Part shown: in pieces, positions 43,061 to 53,655 of the stretch
How the letters are laid out: every line of letters starts with the position of its first letter
How positions within the stretch are numbered: the first letter of the stretch is position 1
Assembly (NCBI GenBank): GCA_963850905.1
Contig: CAWKMU010000003.1
Span: forward strand, 2,080,001 to 2,144,000
Source: an uncultured Gemmatimonadales bacterium
GTDB taxonomy: Bacteria > Gemmatimonadota > Gemmatimonadetes > Gemmatimonadales > Gemmatimonadaceae
DNA: 64,000 nt
Direction: 5' to 3'
The notes under the pieces: model-generated
What the model saw: only the letters and a program-made list of their open reading frames with translations
Database searches by the model: none
Told to the model about the DNA's origin: nothing
Translations under genes and position numbers: made by a program

Positions 43061-43579
43061 CTACTTGACTGCGGAGATAAATGCGCTGGCGAGATCTGGG
43101 CCGCCCCTGGCGCCGATCATACTCCCGAGCGCGGGCGTGAGTTGATTCACCTGCGTCGGCGTGATACCCGCCTTTGACAGCATTGGGGTGATGCTGCTCA
43201 GACCCGTGAGCGAGCTCGCGGCGGGGAGCCCCGCCTTCTGAGCGGTTCCGATCAGACTGCTGGTGCCAGGTATCGCGTTCGCGACCTGGGAAAACTGATC
43301 AGTTGGCATCTTCGCCTGCGCGAGGCCGAGCAACGAGCCGGCGCCGAGCGCCGCCTGCGAGCTCGACATGCCGGGCACGGCGCTCGCGAGCGAATTGACG
43401 ATCGAGCTCGAGGCGCTCGATCCGCCTGAAGCCACCTCGCCCGACGAGGTCGTGGCCGTGGTCTCGGGGCTCGACTTGTGGCAGGCAGCGACCGCGGTCG
43501 CGCCGGCAAGCGCCAATACTCCGACGAGCGCACTGCGGCGGCCACGGTGGGGTCCGCTCGGTGTAGGAATGGTCAGCAT
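43061..43579 (-). CDS. DUF2780-like lipoprotein
   Basis: GGAGG RBS; lipobox VAAC; QAALGAGSLLGLAQ...FSQVANAIPG. Confidence 0.75.
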   Translation of the reverse strand: MLTIPTPSGPHRGRRSALVGVLALAGATAVAACHKSSPETTATTSSGEVASGGSSASSSIVNSLASAVPGMSSSQAALGAGSLLGLAQAKMPTDQFSQVANAIPGTSSLIGTAQKAGLPAASSLTGLSSITPMLSKAGITPTQVNQLTPALGSMIGARGGPDLASAFISAVK

Positions 43580-43820
43580 GCAGTTCCTCCCTGGTCGTTG
43601 TGTGGGAATGTTCCGTCGTTGTGTGCGTCGCCTTTGGGTCGCCGCCCGAGTCACGCACGCGGCGCGCCAAACCGAACACCCGGTCGTTGGCCGACGCAGC
43701 TCGATCCGCGCCCTGATCGTTGCAGAACAGCGTGGTATCGGCGAAAGTGGACTTTGGTCGTCCTGTGCCTCAGCACCGCGGCGAAATTCGCGCGATGTCG
43801 TGCGTGGCTGAGCCCCGAAA

Positions 43821-45323
43821 CTACGGCGCGACAGGCGACGCCGAGGGCTCGCGAGCGACGGTCGAAGGGCGCAGAAGCTGACGCTGCACCGTGCTGTGCT
43901 TGCGGCTATAGGAGAAGTAAACAATCAGGCCAAGCACCATCCAGGAGCCGAAGCCGACCCATGCGGGCAAGTCCAACGACAGCATGAGTGCAAGCGAGAT
44001 GATCACCCCGAGAATGGGGACGAGAGGCACCGCGGGCGTACGGAACGGACGGGGTAGATCGGGCTCCCGCACGCGCATGATCCACACGCCGAGGCACACG
44101 ATCGTGAACGCGAGGAGCGTGCCGAGGCTGACTAGCTTGCTGAGGAATACGATCGGGAAGCATGCGGCGAGGATGGCCACGAAGCATCCCACCACGATCG
44201 AGGTCAGATACGGGGTGCGGAAGCGGGGATGAATCTTGCCGATCCACGGCCACAGCAACCCGTCGTGCGCCATGGTGTACAGGACCCGCGACTGCCCAAG
44301 CAGCATCACCAGCATGACGGACGCGAGGCCCGCAATGGCACCGAGGTCGATGACGAAAATCCCCCAGCGTATGCCGATCGCGGCCGCTCCATCGGCGACC
44401 GGGGCGGGGCTGTTCAACGTCGTGTAGTTCTTCACACCAGTCAGCAGCCCGGCGACGATGATGTACAGGATCGTGCAGATGATCAGCGATCCCAGGATGC
44501 CGAACGGCATGTCCTTCTGCGGATTCCTCGCCTCCTGGGCCGCCGTCGAAACGGCATCGAAGCCAATGTATGCGAAGAACACGACACCGGCCCCACGCAT
44601 GATGCCCGACAATCCGAACTGACCGAAGTGCCCCTGGTTTGGTGGAAGGAACGGGTGCCAGTTGGCGAGCATGTGTGACCAGTGGCCAGCTGCGAATGTC
44701 CCGGCGAGGCCGACAAACAGCAGCACGACCGAGACCTTGATCATCACGGCAGCGCTGTTGAAGTTCGCCGTCTCCTTCACACCAACGACGAGAATCGTCG
44801 TGACGACGACGATCGCCAGCAGCGCGAAGAGGTCGATGCGCGCGGTGACGAGGTGTCCGAGCAGCGGGATCGACAGGACCGGCGTCGGGTTGAAGGGCAG
44901 CGCGCCGCCGAGGAACCCGACGAGGCTACTGACGTACCCGCTCCAGCCCACGGCAACCGTCGCCGCGCCGAACGCGTATTCGAGCACCAGGGCCCACCCG
45001 ATGATCCACGCGACGATTTCGCCCATGGTGGCGTAGCCATACGTGTACGCGCTGCCGGCGATCGGAATCATCGCGGCGAATTCCGCGTAGCACAGGCCCG
45101 CGAAGACGCAGCCGACACCAGCCACGACGAACGAGACCACGATGGCCGGGCCGGCGAACTGCGCGGCGGCCACGCCCGTCAGGGTGAAGATGCCGGTCCC
45201 GATAATGGCACCGATGCCAAGCGTGATCAGGTTGATCGGGCCCAGCGAGCGTCGCAGCGCGTGCGCGCCGGTGTCGGACGCCTCCGCCATGATGGTCGCG
45301 AGAGGCTTCTTGGCTAGGAGCAT
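43821..45323 (-). CDS. APC-family amino acid permease
   Basis: GIGAIIGTGIF, YAEFAAMIPIAGSAYTY, FAYIGFDAVST, EARNPQKDMP; about 12 TM helices. Confidence 0.94.
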   Translation of the reverse strand: MLLAKKPLATIMAEASDTGAHALRRSLGPINLITLGIGAIIGTGIFTLTGVAAAQFAGPAIVVSFVVAGVGCVFAGLCYAEFAAMIPIAGSAYTYGYATMGEIVAWIIGWALVLEYAFGAATVAVGWSGYVSSLVGFLGGALPFNPTPVLSIPLLGHLVTARIDLFALLAIVVVTTILVVGVKETANFNSAAVMIKVSVVLLFVGLAGTFAAGHWSHMLANWHPFLPPNQGHFGQFGLSGIMRGAGVVFFAYIGFDAVSTAAQEARNPQKDMPFGILGSLIICTILYIIVAGLLTGVKNYTTLNSPAPVADGAAAIGIRWGIFVIDLGAIAGLASVMLVMLLGQSRVLYTMAHDGLLWPWIGKIHPRFRTPYLTSIVVGCFVAILAACFPIVFLSKLVSLGTLLAFTIVCLGVWIMRVREPDLPRPFRTPAVPLVPILGVIISLALMLSLDLPAWVGFGSWMVLGLIVYFSYSRKHSTVQRQLLRPSTVAREPSASPVAP

Positions 45324-45342
45324 GGCTGATATTATGGCCGTA

Positions 45343-45389
45343 TTGGTACAATGAGTAGGAGCCATTTTCGCCTAACATGACTGTACCAA
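45343..45389. promoter_or_regulatory. Candidate MocR operator in divergent promoter
   Basis: TTGGTACA (45343-45350) and TGTACCAA (45382-45389) form an inverted pair in the AT-rich gap between the permease and the regulator. Confidence 0.55.
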
Positions 45390-45399
45390 ATGGGGTAGC

Positions 45400-46881
45400 G
45401 TGCCGAAGACCATTAGTGCGCTCGAGCTCACGCTCAGTCATCGCCGGCCGCAGCAGACGCTCACCGGTTGGCTGTACGGAGAGTTGCGCGGAGCGATTCT
45501 CGAGGGCCGCCTAGGACCGGGCACCAGGCTGCCGGCGTCGCGGGATTTCGCGCGGTTGCACGGCGTGTCGCGCGGCACCGTCGTGAGCGTCTTCGACCGG
45601 CTGCGCGCAGAAGGGTACCTGTCGTCGCGTGTCGGTTCAGGCACGTGGGTCAACCAGCGTGTGGCGACCGACGACGGCGCGCACAGTCGCCCGGTGAGCA
45701 TGCCCACCTATGTGCGGCGTGTAGCTGCCGCCTACGCGCGGCCGAAACCGTTGGTGGGTCTGGTGGCGACGCCCGGCGTCCGCCCGTTTCAGATGCGAGA
45801 CCCCGCGCTGGCCGAATTTCCGGCGGAGTTGTGGGGCCGGATGGCGGCCCGACGCGCGCGCACCTTCAGGTCGTGGCTGCGAACCGAGGACGATAGTCGT
45901 GGATACCGGCCACTCCGCGACGCGATTGCGTCCTACCTGGGTGCGTCCCGTGGCGTGAGATGCGCGGCCGATCAGGTGATCCTGGTGTCCGGCATCCAAC
46001 AGGGGCTCGATCTTCTCACCCGCATGCTCCTCAAGCGGGACGACCCGGTCTGGATGGAGGATCCGGGATACTTCGGCGCAAGCATCGCGTTTGGCACTGC
46101 TGGAGCCAGAGTCATCCCGGTCCCCGTGGACGAGCAGGGGCTCTCCGTCGCCATGGGGATCAAAATGTGCGCCCGCGCCAAAGGGGCGTACGTCACGCCG
46201 GCCCACCAGTTCCCGCTCGGGATGACCATGTCCCTCGAGCGGCGGATGGCCCTACTCAAATGGGCGACACGGACCGGGGCGTTCATCATCGAAGATGATT
46301 ACGACAGCGAGTACCGCTTCGAAGGCCGTCCCGTGCCCGCTCTGCAGAGTCTCGACCGCGGATCGGCCGTGATCACGATTGGATCGTTCAGCAAGTTGCT
46401 GTTTCCAGCCTTGCGCATCGGGTATGTGGTCCTGCCGCCGTCGTTGGCCGATTATTTCGTGGCCTTCCGGCATCGAGCCGATTTCCGCTCACTGAGCCTC
46501 GATCAGGCGGTGCTCTGCGACTTCATCGTCGAGGGGCATCTGGGACGGCATCTCCGACGGATGCGCGACCTCTACGCCAGTCGCCTCGCGGCGCTCATTG
46601 ACGGGGGGCGCCAGTACCTGCGAGGCTTGCTCGAGATTGCGTCCGTCAAGGCCGGCCTGTACACGACGGGGTTGCTGCGAAATGATATGACCTCGCGACA
46701 GGCAGAAAACGCCGCAGCGGCATACGGTGTCGAAGCCCTGGCGCTCGATCGCTATACCTTGAAGCGCCCGGATCCAAAGGGAGTACTCTTGGGCTTTGCT
46801 GCTCTCGATGAAGGCACGCTGCGCTCAGGCGTCATCCAGCTCGCGACGGCGCTGAGCCGGCGACATGCCGGCACGAGCTGA
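45400..46881 (+). CDS. MocR/GabR (PdxR/TauR-like) regulator
   Basis: RLPASRDFA...VSRGTV...GSGTWV; TPAHQFPLG, EDDYDSE, GSFSK, LRIGY. Confidence 0.94.
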   Translation: MPKTISALELTLSHRRPQQTLTGWLYGELRGAILEGRLGPGTRLPASRDFARLHGVSRGTVVSVFDRLRAEGYLSSRVGSGTWVNQRVATDDGAHSRPVSMPTYVRRVAAAYARPKPLVGLVATPGVRPFQMRDPALAEFPAELWGRMAARRARTFRSWLRTEDDSRGYRPLRDAIASYLGASRGVRCAADQVILVSGIQQGLDLLTRMLLKRDDPVWMEDPGYFGASIAFGTAGARVIPVPVDEQGLSVAMGIKMCARAKGAYVTPAHQFPLGMTMSLERRMALLKWATRTGAFIIEDDYDSEYRFEGRPVPALQSLDRGSAVITIGSFSKLLFPALRIGYVVLPPSLADYFVAFRHRADFRSLSLDQAVLCDFIVEGHLGRHLRRMRDLYASRLAALIDGGRQYLRGLLEIASVKAGLYTTGLLRNDMTSRQAENAAAAYGVEALALDRYTLKRPDPKGVLLGFAALDEGTLRSGVIQLATALSRRHAGTS

Positions 46882-49357
46882 GGTGCGTCGCGCGCTCGTT
46901 CCGTTCCTGCTCGTCGTTGCCGCCGCGAGCGAGGGTCGTGCGCAAGGGGGCGCCGTCGTTGTGCCCGTGGAGCACAACACGACAGCCGGCCGCGGGTCGG
47001 ATAGCGCCGCTGCGGCCCAGCGCGTCTACGACGCCCGGAGCGGCCAACTCAATGTCCGCATCCCGCACATCGAGACGGACGCTCCCGTGGACGGCACTCT
47101 CGCAGCGGCGCCTTGGCGGCAGGCCGCGGTCCTCACCGGCTTCTCCGAGTACCAGCCGGCGGACGGCGAACCGGCCGAAGACTCGACCGAAGTCCTCGTC
47201 TGGTACTCGGCCAAGGCCATCTACTTTGGGATCCGCGCCTACGAGGTCCATGGCGCCGTGCACGCGACGCTCGCCAACCGCGACCAGATCGACGGGGACG
47301 ACAACATCCAGCTGATCATCACACCTTTTCTCCATGCTCGTCAGGCGTTGGTGTTTGCCGTCAACCCGCTCGGCGTTCAGGAGGACGGAACGATCACGGA
47401 AGGCGCACTGGTGCAGGGGGCGTATGGGATCGCCACCCACGCCGGTCCGCCGCCGACCGACCTCAGTCCGGACTTCGTGTACGACTCCAGGGGTCACCTG
47501 ACCCCCTGGGGTTATGAGGTCGTCGTCCGCATTCCCTTCCGCAGCGTGCGGTTTCAGAACCAGGAGACGCAGGATTGGGGAATCAACATCGTGCGCGTCG
47601 TTCAGCACTCGGGACACCAGGACACGTGGTTTCCCACCCGACTCGCTGCTGCATCCTTTCTCCAACAGGCCGGCACCTTGAGCGGGCTCACCGGACTGAG
47701 CCGTGGTCTTGCCCTGGACCTCAACCCGTTCATGACTCAAAAGGCGATCGGGACCGGCGTGACTACGCCGACTGCGGGCTGGAGCTATGGCGTAGAGCGC
47801 CCGCAGCTCGGCGGCAATGTCCGGTGGGGCATCACGAACAATCTGCTCCTGAACGGCACATTCCGGCCGGACTTCGCCGAGGTCGAGTCGGATGCGACGC
47901 AGGTCCAGTTCGATCCGCGCAACGCCGTGTCATACCCCGAGAAGCGACCCTTCTTCCTCGACGGTCTCCAGCAATTCAATACGCCGAACAATCTCATCTA
48001 CACGCGCCAGATCATCGCGCCGATCGAGGCGGCGAAGCTCACCGGCAAGATCGGCGGTGCGAGCGTCGCCTATCTCAGCGCACAGGACGATGAGGGCTCC
48101 ACACTCCTCGGCGGCGGCGGCCATCCGCTTTTCAATGTCGTCCGCATGCTGCAGGACGTGGGCTCAGCATCGCAAATCGGTCTCGTGGCGACCGACCGCG
48201 AAGACGGGGGGACCTTCAACAGGCTGGCCGGTGTCGATGCACGATTCGCCTTCGCCAACATCTACTCGCTGGCGCTCCAGGGTGCGGCCAGTAATACGCG
48301 CGGCCAGGGATTGGCCACGAACGGGATCGCGACCAACGGCGTGCAAGGCGCAGGCCCGTTGTGGGAGGGGCACTTCATTCGAGCCGGACACACATTCGGC
48401 ATGGACTACAACTTCACGGGCATCGATCCGGAATTCGTCGCCGGCAGCGGGTTCATATCGCGGACCGGGATTGCGAATATGAGTCTCGATCACCACCTCA
48501 CGTTCTACGGACCACAGGGTGGGTTCTTTCAAACCTTCACCGGTGACTTCTCGGTCAACGACACCTGGGTGTATCGACACCTGACGGCCGCCGAGTCGCC
48601 TGAAGACCGGCGCTGGCACTTCACCGGCACTGCGACGCTGTTTCAGGGTTGGCAGCTGGGCGCGGCGGTCTACTTCGAGACGTACGGCTACGACCCGTCC
48701 CTGTACTCCACGTACTACCTCCAGCACGTCGTCGGACACGACACCACGTTCACCCCATTCGTCGGCCAGCCACTCATCCCCAACACGGACTACGTCTTCA
48801 CGTTCAGTACGCCGCAGTTCGCCACGCTCTCGGCGTCGATTCTCTACATCTCCGGCCGCGACGAGAATTTCTACGAGTGGGCGTCCGCTGACATCGGGAA
48901 TACCGCGGTGACCATCAACTGGCGCCCGACCGATCGGTTGCGGTGGGGCTTCACCTACTCGGGCAACTTTTACCACCGACATTCGGACGGGTCGCTGGTC
49001 GAAAGCCAACTCATCCCGAGATTGGACCTCGAGTACCAGTTGTCGCGTCCCATCTTTCTCCGCCTCATCGGCCAGTACAACGCGATCCACCAGGACAGCC
49101 TGCGAGACGACTCCCGGACCGACCTGCCGATCTACTACCGTGATGCGGCGACGGACACGTACACCCGCGCTTCGGCCTTCACGACCAATCAGTTTCAGGT
49201 ACAGGCGCTCTTCGCGTATCAGCCGGTCCCGGGGACCGTCGCATTCATCGGGTATGGAAGCAACCTCACTGAACCCACGTCCTTTCAGTTCCTCACGCTC
49301 CGGCGCACCGCGGACAGTTTCTTCGTGAAGTTCAGCTACCTCTTCCGGATGGAGTAG
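46865..49357 (+). CDS. Outer-membrane protein, CBM9-like domain plus DUF5916 beta-barrel
   Basis: Signal peptide; VDGTL..WRQA, VNPLGVQED, RIPFRS, PDFAEVESD, YPEKRPFF; C-terminal FVKFSYLFR. Confidence 0.85.
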   Translation: MPARAEVRRALVPFLLVVAAASEGRAQGGAVVVPVEHNTTAGRGSDSAAAAQRVYDARSGQLNVRIPHIETDAPVDGTLAAAPWRQAAVLTGFSEYQPADGEPAEDSTEVLVWYSAKAIYFGIRAYEVHGAVHATLANRDQIDGDDNIQLIITPFLHARQALVFAVNPLGVQEDGTITEGALVQGAYGIATHAGPPPTDLSPDFVYDSRGHLTPWGYEVVVRIPFRSVRFQNQETQDWGINIVRVVQHSGHQDTWFPTRLAAASFLQQAGTLSGLTGLSRGLALDLNPFMTQKAIGTGVTTPTAGWSYGVERPQLGGNVRWGITNNLLLNGTFRPDFAEVESDATQVQFDPRNAVSYPEKRPFFLDGLQQFNTPNNLIYTRQIIAPIEAAKLTGKIGGASVAYLSAQDDEGSTLLGGGGHPLFNVVRMLQDVGSASQIGLVATDREDGGTFNRLAGVDARFAFANIYSLALQGAASNTRGQGLATNGIATNGVQGAGPLWEGHFIRAGHTFGMDYNFTGIDPEFVAGSGFISRTGIANMSLDHHLTFYGPQGGFFQTFTGDFSVNDTWVYRHLTAAESPEDRRWHFTGTATLFQGWQLGAAVYFETYGYDPSLYSTYYLQHVVGHDTTFTPFVGQPLIPNTDYVFTFSTPQFATLSASILYISGRDENFYEWASADIGNTAVTINWRPTDRLRWGFTYSGNFYHRHSDGSLVESQLIPRLDLEYQLSRPIFLRLIGQYNAIHQDSLRDDSRTDLPIYYRDAATDTYTRASAFTTNQFQVQALFAYQPVPGTVAFIGYGSNLTEPTSFQFLTLRRTADSFFVKFSYLFRME

Positions 49358-51032
49358 CAACGCGCGGCAGCTGGTGTCGCGCGACCTGTCGGGCCATGGT
49401 GCGAATGAGGTCGGCAGACGACATGGGTTGCCAGCCGTGGCCCTTGAGCGGCCGACCGTAGCTGAAGGAACCGCCGTACGCGGGATTGGTGGTGCCTTCG
49501 AGGTAATCCTGCAAGAGGTAGACGGCCAGGTTGAGGTAGTAGTTGTCCATGTCGCCGCAATACACGTGGATCTTCCCCACCAGCTGTGGCCCCACCCGTG
49601 ACCAGTTGGTCGCGAGGTACTGACGGATGTCGTAGTGCTCGCCCCAATACTTGGCCACGTCATGGTTGATCACCCCGGTGCTGTCGTCCCAGATCGGGGC
49701 AGGATAACCGTCGGCATCCACTGGACCGAAGGTGGCCTCCCAGATCGCGAAGTTCTCGCCACCACGCCGCCGACTCCCGCGAGCGTTGTTGAGCTGATTC
49801 TCCTCGCGTAGCTGCACGACCGGCTGACCGTCAGATCGGCGCTCCGACGGTCTGTTCTGCGTGATCCATTCGTTGCGATGGATCTCGAATGCATTGGTGT
49901 CGCTGTAGATGTTCACCTGCTCGTAGCGTCGAAAATCGACCGGGTCAGGATAGAAGGTCCAGGTCCCGCCGAAAAAGTCGGGATGGTACACCTGCAATGC
50001 GATGGACTCCCAGCCACCCGTCGAGCCGCCCGTGAGCAGACGCGCGTAGGGTTCCTTGATGACACGGAAGTGTTCCTCGAGATACGGAATCAGCTCCTGC
50101 ATGATCGCGTCGCCATAGGGACCATTGTTCGCGGAGTTCACGGCGTACGAGTCGTCGTAGTACGGCGATGGATGCAGGATCCGAATGCCAACCATCCGTG
50201 GAAAGGAGTCGCTGAGCCACGCGCGGGTGAATTCCTGGGCCGATTCGCGCCCGGTCGTGTGCTCGATGCGCGAGCGCCGTTGGGCATCGGTCTCGGGTCG
50301 TGCGTCCATGTTGAAGCCAAACGGTGCCGACAGCGTGAAGTGCCCCTGTTCCCACACAGTGGGGTACCGCATCTCGGGATGCTCGTCGTATCCCCGCGGT
50401 AGCAACACCACCGCACCGAGATACATCGGATGCCCCCACCACTTGGTGAGAATGGCGCTTTGGATCCGGATGCGCTTGACGTAGCGGGTGTCCCCTGGCA
50501 CCTGGACAGGAGGCAGGACGTGGGAGATGTCGATCCGTATCGGCGTCGTGGCACTTGGGTCGACATGTATGCGCCGGACCTCACTCACGAGCGTGCCTGG
50601 CGCATCGTTGAATTGCTGGCCCTCCCACTCATCCATGTGCGCCCAGATCGTATGTCCGTCGGCGCGCGGAAAGCGGGTGTACGTACTGATGATGGCCTGG
50701 ACGTAGTAGTCGCCCGGCGCCAGTTGACCGAGGTGCAGGAGCGGGTAGCCGACGGCGTGCCCATCGAGAATCGCTGGCGAGTCTGCGGGGATCTGATCGA
50801 CATCCGCGCCCCAGAAGGGAACGCTGACCATGCCACCGGCGTCGAGCCGCGGCTCCGGCGCCGAATCTCGCGACACGAAGATGAACAGTCGTCCGGTAAT
50901 CGGCTCCGCTCGCACGGCGCGCGGCACCACCACCTCGAAGCGGAGCTGGGCCAAGGGCGCAGAGGGGGTCGTGGGCGGCGGGGGGCCGGCGGCGAACGCG
51001 AAAAGAGCTAAGACAGCGGACGCGTGCATCAT
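49332..51032 (-). CDS. Exported putative esterase, paralogue of 17780-19498
   Basis: GGAG RBS; signal peptide; DDSYAVNSANNGPY, TGGSTGGWE, PDPVDF, GDMDNYYLNLAVY, KGHGWQPM. Confidence 0.85.
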   Translation of the reverse strand: MMHASAVLALFAFAAGPPPPTTPSAPLAQLRFEVVVPRAVRAEPITGRLFIFVSRDSAPEPRLDAGGMVSVPFWGADVDQIPADSPAILDGHAVGYPLLHLGQLAPGDYYVQAIISTYTRFPRADGHTIWAHMDEWEGQQFNDAPGTLVSEVRRIHVDPSATTPIRIDISHVLPPVQVPGDTRYVKRIRIQSAILTKWWGHPMYLGAVVLLPRGYDEHPEMRYPTVWEQGHFTLSAPFGFNMDARPETDAQRRSRIEHTTGRESAQEFTRAWLSDSFPRMVGIRILHPSPYYDDSYAVNSANNGPYGDAIMQELIPYLEEHFRVIKEPYARLLTGGSTGGWESIALQVYHPDFFGGTWTFYPDPVDFRRYEQVNIYSDTNAFEIHRNEWITQNRPSERRSDGQPVVQLREENQLNNARGSRRRGGENFAIWEATFGPVDADGYPAPIWDDSTGVINHDVAKYWGEHYDIRQYLATNWSRVGPQLVGKIHVYCGDMDNYYLNLAVYLLQDYLEGTTNPAYGGSFSYGRPLKGHGWQPMSSADLIRTMARQVARHQLPRVATPSGRGS

Positions 51033-51243
51033 CGCTCCAACTTGGGGGGTGGCGAACGTGACAAGCGTACCGGGCGGCATGGCTGGCGCTCCGATATTTC
51101 CCTAGTTTAGCACGGGCCCTGCATCGGCACGAGGACTCAGCGCCGTCAAAGAGGCATCGATGCGACGAGACATGGCAGCCATCGACCGTCCGGTTCTCGG
51201 CGCGGCGCCGCGAGAGGATGGCTCGGGCCACACGGAGACGTCG

Positions 51244-52845
51244 ATGATCCGCTCGACCATGCAACGCGTGCCGTTGTCCGTGAACCACCTGCTCGAGCGC
51301 GCTGGGCGGCTGTTTCCGCAGTCAGCAATTATCACGCGGATGCCGGACAAGAGCTACGTGCGACACACGTGGGGCGACGTGTATGCGCGGTCGCGCCGAT
51401 TGGCGGCCGCCCTCCTCGACGCCGGGCTACGCAAGGGTGATCGCGTCGCCACGCTCTGCTGGAACCATTATGTCCACCTGGAGTGCTACTTCGGCGTCCC
51501 GGCCGCGGGCGGCGTGTTGCATACGCTCAACCTGCGGCTTGCGCCGGATGACATTGCCTGGATCGCCAACCACGCGCGTGATCGTTTTCTCGTCGTCGAT
51601 GACGTCCTGAGGCCACTGCTCGACCGCTTCCGCGGAGCGACGAGCTTTGAACGGGTCCTGGTCGTGCCCCTGACCGGCGCATCGGTCAAGGCACCGGATC
51701 TTAGCTACGAAGCCTTCCTCGAGCAGGCGCCGTCAGGGTGTGACTATGCCCCGCACGAGGAAGATGACCCGGTGTCGATGTGCTATACGTCGGGCACCAC
51801 AGGGCGGCCCAAGGGCGTGGTCTACTCTCACCGATCGACTGTGCTGCACAGTCTCGCGGTCAACGCGACGGCGTCGTGTGCTGCGCATGCGGAGGACGTA
51901 GTCTGTCCGGTTGTACCGATGTTTCACGCGAACGCGTGGGGCCTGCCCTATTCCTGCGCCATGGTGGGCGCGGGGCTCGCCATGCCGGGTCCCCACCTGG
52001 GTCCCGGAGATCTGATCGACCTGTTTCATGCGGCCAAGGTGACTCTTGCGTCGGGCGTGCCGACGATTTGGCTCGGCATGCTGCAGGTGCTCGAGACTGA
52101 ACCTTGGCGGCGGCTCCCGCCCGGCATGCGGATGGTGGTCGGAGGCGCGGCGCTGCCGGCAGCGGCGGCTCGCGGTTTTGCTCGACACGGGGCCAGAGTG
52201 CTCGTGGGCTGGGGAATGACGGAGGTGAGTCCAGTTGGCAGTTTGTCCGGCAACAAGCCCGAGTTGGCAGAAATGGATGACGACGAGCGCTACCGACGAG
52301 CGGTCATGGGGGGCATCCCGCTACCACTCGTCGAGCCCCGCATCATCGGCGACGACGGCGGGGAACAGCCGTGGGACGGTGTGAGCTTGGGCGAGTTACA
52401 GGTGCGTGGGCCGTTCGTGGCCGGGTCCTACCACGATGCGCCAAACGAAACCGACCGGTTTACGTCCGACGGATTCCTGCGCACCGGCGACGTTGCGGCG
52501 ATCGACCAACACGCCTTCATTCGTATTGCCGACCGGACCAAGGACCTGATCAAGTCCGGTGGCGAGTGGATCAGCTCAGCTGACATGGAAGGCCATCTGA
52601 TGGCCCACGCGGCCGTCCTCGAGGCGGCTGTCATCGCGGTGCCCGATCTGAAGTGGGGTGAACGACCGCTCGCCTGCGTGGTTTGCAAGCCGGGGGCCTC
52701 GGCGACAGCGGAGGAGCTGCGCGCGCACCTCGGGTCGCACTACGCGCGGTGGCAGCTTCCCGACCGATTCGAGTTCGTCGATACTATTCCCCGGACATCG
52801 GCCGGCAAGTTCTGGAAGGCCAAGCTCCGGGAACTGTATCATTGA
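51244..52845 (+). CDS. Long/medium-chain fatty acid-CoA ligase (AlkK/DmdB-like)
   Basis: [44 protein letters not shown]. Confidence 0.93.
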   Translation: MIRSTMQRVPLSVNHLLERAGRLFPQSAIITRMPDKSYVRHTWGDVYARSRRLAAALLDAGLRKGDRVATLCWNHYVHLECYFGVPAAGGVLHTLNLRLAPDDIAWIANHARDRFLVVDDVLRPLLDRFRGATSFERVLVVPLTGASVKAPDLSYEAFLEQAPSGCDYAPHEEDDPVSMCYTSGTTGRPKGVVYSHRSTVLHSLAVNATASCAAHAEDVVCPVVPMFHANAWGLPYSCAMVGAGLAMPGPHLGPGDLIDLFHAAKVTLASGVPTIWLGMLQVLETEPWRRLPPGMRMVVGGAALPAAAARGFARHGARVLVGWGMTEVSPVGSLSGNKPELAEMDDDERYRRAVMGGIPLPLVEPRIIGDDGGEQPWDGVSLGELQVRGPFVAGSYHDAPNETDRFTSDGFLRTGDVAAIDQHAFIRIADRTKDLIKSGGEWISSADMEGHLMAHAAVLEAAVIAVPDLKWGERPLACVVCKPGASATAEELRAHLGSHYARWQLPDRFEFVDTIPRTSAGKFWKAKLRELYH

Positions 52846-52945
52846 TGTCGATTGCTCCCGTAGGCGCAGCACGCGGGGATCACGCCCCGTCCATACTCCG
52901 GCCGGGCCATGAGCGCCGCGACATACACCCTCTCTGGAGGTTGTC

Positions 52946-53536
52946 ATGCTCTCAGATGCTTTGCATCAGATGTATACTCGTGCGCGGTGGGGGTTGCTGC
53001 TCCGTGGCTTGATTGCCCTCGGTCTCGGCATCTTCATCCTCGCGAGGCCGCTTGAATCCGCCGCGGCATTCGCGCTCGTCATCGCGCTTTGGGCCCTTGT
53101 GACAGGCATCGGTCAGGTCGTCGATGCGATCGAGCTCCGGTCCGTGGCGCCACACTGGTGGCTGCTCCTACTGGGCGGCCTCGTGAGCGTCGGGTTCGGC
53201 GTCGCGGCGCTGTACTACTACCCGGTGCTCTCACTGACGTTCGCTGTCGTCTGGGCGTCGTACTGGCTGCTGCTCTCCGGGTTCTTCGGCATCTACATCG
53301 CGGTACAGGAGCGCAGAATGCACACGGCCTGGGGCTGGGCGCTCGCCTTCGGCGTGTTGAGCGTCGTGGCAGGCGTGTACGCGATCGCAGCCCCGCCGGT
53401 GACATTGGCCGCAATCATGGGGCTGATCGCCGGTTTTGCGATCATCGGCGGCATCGTGCTCTTGATCGGGTTCTTCCGGATCGGCCAGGTCAAATCGGAA
53501 GTCACTGGCGCCGCACCCTCAGCTGCACGCAGTTAG
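52946..53536 (+). CDS. HdeD/DUF308 family membrane protein
   Basis: GGAGG RBS; WGLLLRG; six TM helices in a duplicated pattern. Confidence 0.85.
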   Translation: MLSDALHQMYTRARWGLLLRGLIALGLGIFILARPLESAAAFALVIALWALVTGIGQVVDAIELRSVAPHWWLLLLGGLVSVGFGVAALYYYPVLSLTFAVVWASYWLLLSGFFGIYIAVQERRMHTAWGWALAFGVLSVVAGVYAIAAPPVTLAAIMGLIAGFAIIGGIVLLIGFFRIGQVKSEVTGAAPSAARS

Positions 53537-53549
53537 TCGGCATTGACGA

Positions 53550-53576
53550 GCCGTCCCGCGCACCGCGCGGGACGGC
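53550..53576 (+). terminator. GC-rich hairpin after the HdeD-like gene
   Basis: GCCGTCCCGCGC-acc-GCGCGGGACGGC is a perfect 12-bp stem; no U-tract. Confidence 0.45.
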
Positions 53577-53655
53577 GGACCGCTGGGCTGGCGTGTAATA
53601 CGCTGGTGAGTCGGGCCGCATCATAAGTAGTGCACGCCCTCACGGAGACCGCCCC

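Noticed and set aside
48314..48340. ATNG-I-ATNG short duplication in the DUF5916 gene
   Set aside because: It is in frame, diverged at synonymous sites, and probably a loop expansion.
48164..49663. 499-aa minus-strand ORF and similar long antisense ORFs (e.g. 55391-56686, 53959-55194, 16523-17587)
   Set aside because: They lie antisense to well-supported genes, carry no motifs, and are expected at this GC content.
52840..52846. CATTGAT at the acyl-CoA ligase stop as another C->T lesion
   Set aside because: The protein already ends after the final conserved K motif, so a genuine stop is equally plausible.
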